Origin: Bryobacterales bacterium
GTDB taxonomy: Bacteria; Acidobacteriota; Terriglobia; Bryobacterales; UBA6623
Assembly: GCA_965242625.1 (NCBI GenBank)
Contig: CBDEST010000005.1
Coordinates: 1,773,632 to 1,837,631, forward strand
Length of the DNA: 64,000 nucleotides
Reading direction: 5' to 3'
Each line of letters begins with the position of its first letter. Position 1 is the stretch's first letter. Below the pieces are notes generated by a model. That model did not search any database. It worked only from the letters and a program-made list of their open reading frames with translations, and had not been told where the DNA came from. The translations under genes were made by a program, and so were the position numbers. This document shows positions 57,636 through 64,000 of this stretch, in pieces.

Positions 57636-59654
57636 ATGCCGAGCGCGGATCACGGGCGGCGCGACGCCTTGCCAGTCGGCACGGTCCTGCGTGAGTTCAC
57701 GATCCAAGCGGTGCTCGGACACGGGGGCTTCGGGATCGTCTACCGGGCCGGGCACGACGAACTGGACCTGACGGTCGCGATCAAGGAATACCTGCCGGTG
57801 GAGCTGGCCGTGCGGGAAGGCACGACCGTGCAGCCGCGGAGCGGGACGGAGCGCAAGGACTTCGAGGAGGGGCTGCGACGGTTCCGGGACGAAGCGCAAG
57901 CGCTGATCGATTTCGACAGCCATCCGAGCATCGTGTCGTGCCGGGAGTTCTTTCGGGCGCACGGGACGGCGTATCTGGTGATGGGGTACGAGGAGGGGCA
58001 GTCGCTGGCGGAAGTGCTGGCGAGCCGGGAAGCGGAGGGACGACCGTTCGCGGCGGCGGACTTGCTGGAGGTGATGCGGCCGGTGCTGGAGGGGTTGGAG
58101 CGCGTCCACGCAGCGGGGGTACTGCATCGGGATATCAAGCCGTCGAACATCCTGATCCGGCGGCGGGACGGGCGGCCGGTGCTGATCGACTTCGGAGCGG
58201 CGAAGCAGGCCACGGCGAGGTTCAGCAAGTCGCAGGCGCCGTACACGGAGGGGTACGCGGCATTGGAACAAGTGGCGGACGCGGGGAAACTGGGACCGTG
58301 GACGGACATGTACGGGGTGGGAGCGGTGATGTGGCGGATGGTGGCGGGCGGGAATCCGCCGTGGGAGCCGCCGCATCCGGTGAGGGTGGAACAGCGCTCG
58401 CATGCGGCACTCGGAGGAACGGAAGATCCGATGCCGTCGGCGAGGGAGTTGGGCGAGGGTCGGTTTCCGTCGCAGATGCTGGAGGTCATCGACCGGTGCT
58501 TGCGGTTGCGGGAAGGGGAGCGGATGCAAGGCTCGCGCGAGTTGCTGGAGGCTCTTCGTGAGGTGAGCGAGTCGCTTCCGGCGGGGTCTCTGGAGGCCGC
58601 TCGGCCGTCGGCCGAGCAAACTGGAGTCAAGCGACAGGAACCGGGGTCGCATGTGGCGCCAGTAGGTGCAGAGCCGCGCACAGGGTGGCGACGGGGTGGA
58701 TGGATCGCGCTGGCGAACGTGGTGGTCGGACTGGGGCTGGTGACTGCCACATGGTGGGGTTCGCAGGACGGTTTCGTGCAGCCTTGGGTCCGGGATTGGG
58801 ATGCCTTGGATGACATCAATGCCCCTGACTTTGACCTGACGGCCCAGGCGTACATCGAACGGTACAAACAGGTGCCTGGGGCCAGCGTGTGGGTAGCCCA
58901 AGCGGAGGGGCTGTTGTCCAAGCTGAGAGACTTGGACGCGGCGAGAGCAATGCAGCGCGAGGCAGGCGAGGCGTGGGTGGATTCATTAGGCATGGAGTTC
59001 GTCTGGATTCCAGCGGGGAACTTCCTGATGGGTTCTCCGGAGGACGAAGAGGGTCGTTTCCCCAATGAGCGTCAACACGAGGTGCGGATCAGCGAGGGGT
59101 TCTGGATTGGGAAGTACGAGGTGACCCAAGGGGAGTGGGAGGCGGTGATGGGAACGAACCCGTCGCATTTTTCCGATTGCGGTCCGCGGTGCCCAGTAGA
59201 GGAAGTGTCTTGGGTCGATACGCAGGAGTTCATACGGAGGGTGAACTCGCGGCAATCCGGGAGGGGGTACTTCTATCGATTGCCGACAGAGGCGGAGTGG
59301 GAGTACGGGGCGCGGGCGGGGACGCCCGGGGCGCACTACGGCGAGTTGGACATGATCGCGTGGTATTCGGCGAACAGCGGCAGGAGGACGCATCCGGTAG
59401 GGCAGAAGCGGCCTAACGCGTGGGGCTTGCATGACATGCTGGGAAACGTGTGGGAGTGGACGGGAGACTGGTACGGCGCGTATCCGTCTGGTGCGGTGAC
59501 GGATCCCGGAGGTTCCGAGTCGGGCTCGCTCCGGGTGGATCGGGGCGGCGGCTGGGGCGGCTACGCGGGAAGCGTTCGGTCGGCTAGTCGCCGCCACCGC
59601 TCGCCCGGCTTCCGTGGCGGCTTCATCGGCTTCCGCTTGGTCATGACAGAGTGA
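57636..59654 (+). CDS. Ser/Thr kinase - TM - FGE-sulfatase protein, array copy 10 (TM present, acidic linker deleted)
   Basis: 672 aa. ...LVTATWWGSQDGFVQPWVRDWD... marks the deletion junction. Variable block at 59529-59627. Confidence 0.9.
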   Translation: MPSADHGRRDALPVGTVLREFTIQAVLGHGGFGIVYRAGHDELDLTVAIKEYLPVELAVREGTTVQPRSGTERKDFEEGLRRFRDEAQALIDFDSHPSIVSCREFFRAHGTAYLVMGYEEGQSLAEVLASREAEGRPFAAADLLEVMRPVLEGLERVHAAGVLHRDIKPSNILIRRRDGRPVLIDFGAAKQATARFSKSQAPYTEGYAALEQVADAGKLGPWTDMYGVGAVMWRMVAGGNPPWEPPHPVRVEQRSHAALGGTEDPMPSARELGEGRFPSQMLEVIDRCLRLREGERMQGSRELLEALREVSESLPAGSLEAARPSAEQTGVKRQEPGSHVAPVGAEPRTGWRRGGWIALANVVVGLGLVTATWWGSQDGFVQPWVRDWDALDDINAPDFDLTAQAYIERYKQVPGASVWVAQAEGLLSKLRDLDAARAMQREAGEAWVDSLGMEFVWIPAGNFLMGSPEDEEGRFPNERQHEVRISEGFWIGKYEVTQGEWEAVMGTNPSHFSDCGPRCPVEEVSWVDTQEFIRRVNSRQSGRGYFYRLPTEAEWEYGARAGTPGAHYGELDMIAWYSANSGRRTHPVGQKRPNAWGLHDMLGNVWEWTGDWYGAYPSGAVTDPGGSESGSLRVDRGGGWGGYAGSVRSASRRHRSPGFRGGFIGFRLVMTE

Positions 59655-59702
59655 CACCGGGTGCTATTCCCCTTTCACCCTCGGACGCACGAACTGCGAG
59701 GA

Positions 59703-60061
59703 GGACGTGCGTCGGCCAACGAAGGCCGAATCTTCTCTTCCCTTCGGTAGCCAATGGGCGGGTGGAGCGACGCTGCAATGTACGGTTGGGTCGGGGCCTG
59801 CGGCGTCGGCCATTCCGTTGCGGTCGAACCCTCCCTCGGGGTCTCCGTTGCTGAGGGAAATCGGAAGCTCTGGGTGCTGTCCGGGAAGCCCGTGCGCTTC
59901 CCAGGGGAGAGGCTGTGGATGGACTTCGGCTCGGCACGCCTGAGTGAGCGGAAGCGTAGCTTCGCGTGAGCGAAGGTCGGATCTGGAACGAGAGCCGCGT
60001 GCGGGAAATCCGCACGCTCGGTTTGAAGTGTGGAGAGCGGAAACGAAGTCAAGGTGGAGAC
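59703..60061 (+). repeat. group II intron relic R10 (with an internal ~110-bp deletion)
   Basis: Standard unit missing the segment after GAAGGCCG. Domain V at 59992-60024, ending GGTTT instead of GGTTC. Confidence 0.6.
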
Positions 60062-60286
60062 CGAGGGGCCGGCACAGGGGAGAAAGCCGTTGGTGAACGG
60101 CTACTCCCTCAATCCTCGATAACGCCTCTCTTGGGCTCCATCTCAGAAACCAGATGATCCGCGGGATCCGTCGGCCGCGCTGGCAGTACGCCAGCGCGGA
60201 GGCGCGCCAGTGGGGTGCGATAATCACGGCAATCGTCGGCCAGCCGCCCGCGGCCGCTTGCGGAAGCGCGGCCCAGCGATGACTCC

Positions 60287-61416
60287 ATGCCGAGCACGGA
60301 TCACGGGCGGCGCGACGCCTTGCCAGTCGGCACGGTCCTGCGGGAATTCACGATCCAAGCGGTGCTCGGGCACGGGGGCTTCGGGATCGTCTACCGGGCC
60401 GGGCACAACGAACTGGAGCTGACGGTCGCGATCAAGGAATACCTGCCGGTGGAACTGGCCGTGCGGGAAGGCACGACCGTGCAGCCGCGGAGCGGGACGG
60501 AGCGCAAGGACTTCGCGGAGGGGCTGCGACGGTTCCGGGACGAAGCGCAAGCGCTGATCGATTTCGACAGCCATCCGAGCATCGTGTCGTGCCGGGAGTT
60601 CTTTCGGGCGCACGGGACGGCGTATCTGGTGATGGGGTACGAGGAGGGGCAGTCGGTTCCGATTCCGAGGGAACGGTACGCGATCAAGCACCTGCAGGAG
60701 CCTCCGATGGCGTTGGAGACGAGAGTGCGGTTCCTGAGCGAGGGGATCGAGGCATGGAGTTTGCCTGGATTCCGGCGGGGGACTTCCTGATGGGCTCCCC
60801 GGAGGACGAAGAGGTTCAATATAACGATGAGCGTCCGCACGAGGTGTGGATCAGCAAGGGATTTTGGATAGGGAAGTACGAGGTGACGCAAGGGGAGTGG
60901 GAAGCGGTGATGCGAACGAATCCGGCGCATTCTTCCTGTCGCGGCCCGCGGTGCCCAGTGGCGGGAGTGTCTTGGGTCGATACGCAGGAGTTCATACGGA
61001 GGGTGAACGTGCGGGAATCCGGGAGCGGGTACGTGTACCGGTTACCGACCGAGGCGGAGTGGGAATACGCGGCACGGGCCGGGATGTCCGGAACCCGCTA
61101 CGGAGAGTTGGACGAAATCGCGTGATACAGGGGCAACAGCGGCTGGAGGAAGCATCCAGTCGGACAGAAGCGGGCAAACGCGTGGGGCTTGCACGACATG
61201 CTGGGAAACGTGTGGGAGTGGACGGGAGACCGGTACGGCGCGTATCCGTCTGGTCCGGCGACGGATCCCGGAGGGTCCGAGTCGGGCCTGGCCCGGGTGC
61301 TTCGGGGCGGCGGCTGGAATAGTCACGCGAGGGTCGTTCGGTCGGCGACTCGCCTCAACCTCTCGCCCGGCACCCGCAGCCTCATCATCGGCTTCCGCTT
61401 GGTCAGGACAAAGTGA
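60287..61416 (+). pseudogene. Ser/Thr kinase - FGE-sulfatase gene, array copy 11, degraded
   Basis: The kinase reads for 123 codons. A large deletion then joins it out of frame to the linker/FGE part (frame of ORF 60589-61125). TGG is changed to TGA at 61123-61125, where the other copies have IAW. The 3' end is still colinear (ORF 61189-61416), with a variable block at 61291-61389. Confidence 0.8.
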
Positions 61417-62280
61417 CACTTGGTGCTATTACCCTTTCACCCTCGGACGCGCGAAGCACGAGGAGGGCGTGCATTGGCTAGCGAAGGCCGGACCGAAAGC
61501 GACCGAGCCGAGTGGCAGCCCAGGCGACAGCACAGGTCCGAGCAGCGAGCCTTGACTAGCGAGGTGTTGGAAGACCCGCACAATCCCCCAAGCCAGAAAC
61601 CACGCTGGACGCCAACCCGGGCCAGATGTCCTCGATACGGGAGATTCTCGGAGCGGCTAGAATCAAGTGAAAACTCGGGACTTCGGTGGGAGGCGCGTTG
61701 AGAAGTTGCTATACTGCGTAGTGCCGATGAAGGAACGCGCAAAGCGGCCGCCCCGTGTCGAAAACTTTCTATAGCCAAACCTTTGGCTGTCAGACAAGCG
61801 TCCGTGACAGCGCGACGGTACAATTGCCTCGCAGAACTCGAGGCCACGAAGAGGTAGCTTCGTCAGAGGAGGGTGGAATGCTGCTCTACGACACACGCAG
61901 TACTCGCGATCACGCCGAACAGAAGGCCTCCTCTCGCCGAACCCCAGCTAGGCATCGCACGTCGGTCACGATTGCCGCGGTCGTCGGTCTTGTGGTCCAG
62001 CCCTGCGGAGAGGACATCTTCAGATTCTCCATACAAGTTGGCCTCGTCAGTTCGGGTCGCCACACCTCGATGTCGTCGAGCGTGCTCCATTTGATTCAAA
62101 CCGGGCGACCGCATCTTGTCGGCTTGCGCATTGAAACCGCCCAGATACTGGATGTTCCGCATGCCGCGCGCGACTGTCCGCACATCACGTATCTGAGCGT
62201 TGGAATTATCGTTGGCCGCAATAGATTCTGTACCGACTGCGTTGTGGCACGGAAACTCACAGAATGAGGAGGTATCAGGC

Positions 62281-64000
62281 ATGAAGATCGAAGGCATCGA
62301 AATCAAAAATTTCCGTGGAATCAAGCGAGCTAGAGCGACACAGCTCGGCGACCTAGTAGTGTTGGTGGGGCCTAACGGTTCGGGGAAATCGTGTATCCTA
62401 GACGCTATACGACTGATCAAGTCGGTGTATGGCGGCTATCAAGCTAACGAATGGGATCTATGGATGGGAGAGTTCCAAATAGGCAAGACGACGAAGCAGT
62501 GGGAATTCAAGCAGTTACTGCGCGATGTTAATGAGCCCGCTGAACTCAAATTGGAAGTGCGACTCTCAGAGAGAGAAGTTGAATATCTGCGCGAGAAGCA
62601 ATTTGACTTGATGGAAGAACAAGCATTCTTGGCACTGTATCCGGGGCAAGATGTTTCGAGATGGCATCGTATCAAACGGGAGGGCCAACTACTGGATGCT
62701 GATACAAGAACGGCCATTGAGAACGCAAGAGTACGATTCCAAGAGCAACTCAATAGTGAATTAAGCCAGTTTTCTCACACGGCTCACGTAAGAATTCATC
62801 AGACAGGGCAACTTAAGTTAAGTCAATGCTTGACTTTAACTGCCGTGTGGCGGACATTTCAACTTGGCCGAGTTGGAGTGATCGACTACCATGGATCGCA
62901 CAGAAACTATGCGCGAGAGGCTATCGGTGGGATCAATTTGAATCTACAGAGCCAAGAAGAACAGCAAAGACAGCATGCATTATACAATTATAGTAACAAA
63001 TATACAAACATCAAGACGGAGATGGCAACAGAGTATGTTCAGGAGACGCTTCGAAAAAAGAGCGGTCAGCGGCAGAGGCAGCAAGGACAGACATTGGAGG
63101 AGACCCTAAGGGTATTGTTTAAGACATTTTTCCCGGGCAAGGAGTTTACCGGAGCGCAGGCTGATCCCGACGGTAGTCTTAAGTTTCCAGTTAATATCGG
63201 AAGCATAGAACATGACATAAACGAATTATCCTCAGGGGAGAAGGAGATCCTATATGGATACCTCAGATTACGTAGATCAGCACCTAGCGATTCAATAATC
63301 CTGCTTGATGAGCCAGAGCTCCATCTCAATCCAAAGCTCATACAGGGCCTCCCACAGTTCTATGAGCAATATTTGGTGCGAGCCTTAGGAAACCAAATGT
63401 TGCTGGTTACACATTCCGATGCACTATTGCGGGAAGCACTAACCGTGTCGAGAGCTACAGTGCTTCACATGCAGGAATCGAAGGAGGACAAGCATACGGA
63501 AAACCAATTGAGGCGAGTGGAAGAACATCAAGATGAAGAACATGTGGTGATGGAATTAGTCGGAGATATTGCGGGATATAGGCCTGGCGGTAAGGTGGTT
63601 ATATTCGAGGGAATCAACGCTGGATTCGATGTCAGGATGACGACAAGACTATTCCCCGAGTTTGATCGAACGATGAACTTCATTGCAGGAGGCGGCCGCG
63701 AGGGTGTGGAGCGACTCCATAAATGTTTGGAATCTCAAGACGGTGGAGTGGGAATTGAAATCTATTCAATCGTCGATAAAGACTGGCATGAAAAACGAGA
63801 AGGCAGGAACAGATTTAGCTGGGATGTATACCACATCGAAAACTATCTGCTTGACGCAACGTACATTCTTGATGTAGTTAGAGAAATCACACTGGAGAAT
63901 ATTCAATTAAATGAAGCAAGAGAAGTGGAAGAGATATTGCGCGAACTCGCCCAAAGTCAAATCGACGAACTGGTGCGCATTCAAATCCAATCGAGCGTGA
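62281..64000 (+). CDS. SMC/ABC-like AAA ATPase with a C-terminal DUF4435/Toprim-like region (OLD-family-like), 3'-partial
   Basis: ATG at 62281 is preceded by GAGGAGG. Walker A is LVGPNGSGKSCILDAIRL, the signature-like motif is LSSGEKEILYGYLRL, and Walker B is IILLDEPELHLNP. The tail reads VVIFEGINAGFD ... IYSIVDKDW ... WDVYHIENYLLD, typical of DUF4435. GC is low. The frame is open to the window end and is not in the ORF track because it is incomplete. Confidence 0.75.
   Translation, partial: MKIEGIEIKNFRGIKRARATQLGDLVVLVGPNGSGKSCILDAIRLIKSVYGGYQANEWDLWMGEFQIGKTTKQWEFKQLLRDVNEPAELKLEVRLSEREVEYLREKQFDLMEEQAFLALYPGQDVSRWHRIKREGQLLDADTRTAIENARVRFQEQLNSELSQFSHTAHVRIHQTGQLKLSQCLTLTAVWRTFQLGRVGVIDYHGSHRNYAREAIGGINLNLQSQEEQQRQHALYNYSNKYTNIKTEMATEYVQETLRKKSGQRQRQQGQTLEETLRVLFKTFFPGKEFTGAQADPDGSLKFPVNIGSIEHDINELSSGEKEILYGYLRLRRSAPSDSIILLDEPELHLNPKLIQGLPQFYEQYLVRALGNQMLLVTHSDALLREALTVSRATVLHMQESKEDKHTENQLRRVEEHQDEEHVVMELVGDIAGYRPGGKVVIFEGINAGFDVRMTTRLFPEFDRTMNFIAGGGREGVERLHKCLESQDGGVGIEIYSIVDKDWHEKREGRNRFSWDVYHIENYLLDATYILDVVREITLENIQLNEAREVEEILRELAQSQIDELVRIQIQSSV

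Noticed and set aside
20440-61520. A CRISPR-like or satellite interpretation of the strong periodicity in the window.
   Set aside because: The period is gene-sized (2.6-3 kb) and the repeats are kinase genes plus spacers. No short direct repeats alternating with unique spacers were seen anywhere.
61863-62420. 185-aa minus-strand ORF and 170-aa plus-strand ORF (61755-62267) between the array end and the ATPase.
   Set aside because: The minus ORF is partly antisense to the well-supported ATPase N-terminus. Neither ORF shows a motif I recognise. The region is left unannotated.

Overview
High-GC (~65% by eye) bacterial accessory region, annotated by eye from the sequence and the ORF track with no searches run. 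From 21.1 to 61.4 kb it is dominated by a co-oriented tandem array of 11 paralogous genes. Each encodes an N-terminal Ser/Thr protein kinase, a TM helix, an acidic linker, a helical segment and a C-terminal FGE-sulfatase (C-type-lectin-fold) domain. Eight copies are intact ORFs. Three are disrupted: one by an IS insertion, one by truncation at a low-GC island, one by deletion, frameshift and a nonsense codon.

Main observation: in the ten copies that keep a 3' end, the last ~99 coding bp are invariant except at 14 codons. Those codons differ in nearly every copy, almost only at positions 1-2 (NNC/NNT). This is the footprint expected from diversity-generating retroelement (DGR) adenine mutagenesis of AAC/AAT template codons. 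I found no template repeat, Avd or intact reverse transcriptase in the window.

Each array gene is followed by a conserved ~745-bp spacer. The spacer holds a 5'-truncated, ORF-deleted group II intron relic with remnants of the intron-encoded RT and a recognisable ribozyme domain V/VI. It also holds a conserved ~130-nt leader with a GC hairpin.

Two spacers were half-replaced by a duplicated 2.4-kb module: a higB fragment, higA, and on the opposite strand a frameshifted ankyrin gene, a small Cys-rich secreted protein and a membrane protein.

Other content:
- a tandemly duplicated pair of large gamma-class N6-adenine DNA methyltransferase plus PD-(D/E)XK nuclease (2.0-10.1 kb)
- a second MTase with a putative REase (14.7-16.9 kb)
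- a previously unnamed ~450-480-bp MITE in three copies with clear TIRs and TSDs
- an IS1380-like IS and an rve-type IS, both with flanking direct repeats
- four low-GC, defence-like insertions: an orphan AAA_21-type ATPase, an HTH-ImmA/IrrE protein, a SIR2-STAND-TPR protein, and an ATPase with a DUF4435/Toprim-like tail that runs off the window end

No rRNA, tRNA or CRISPR array was seen. Boundaries of non-coding elements are approximate (about +/-10-20 nt).
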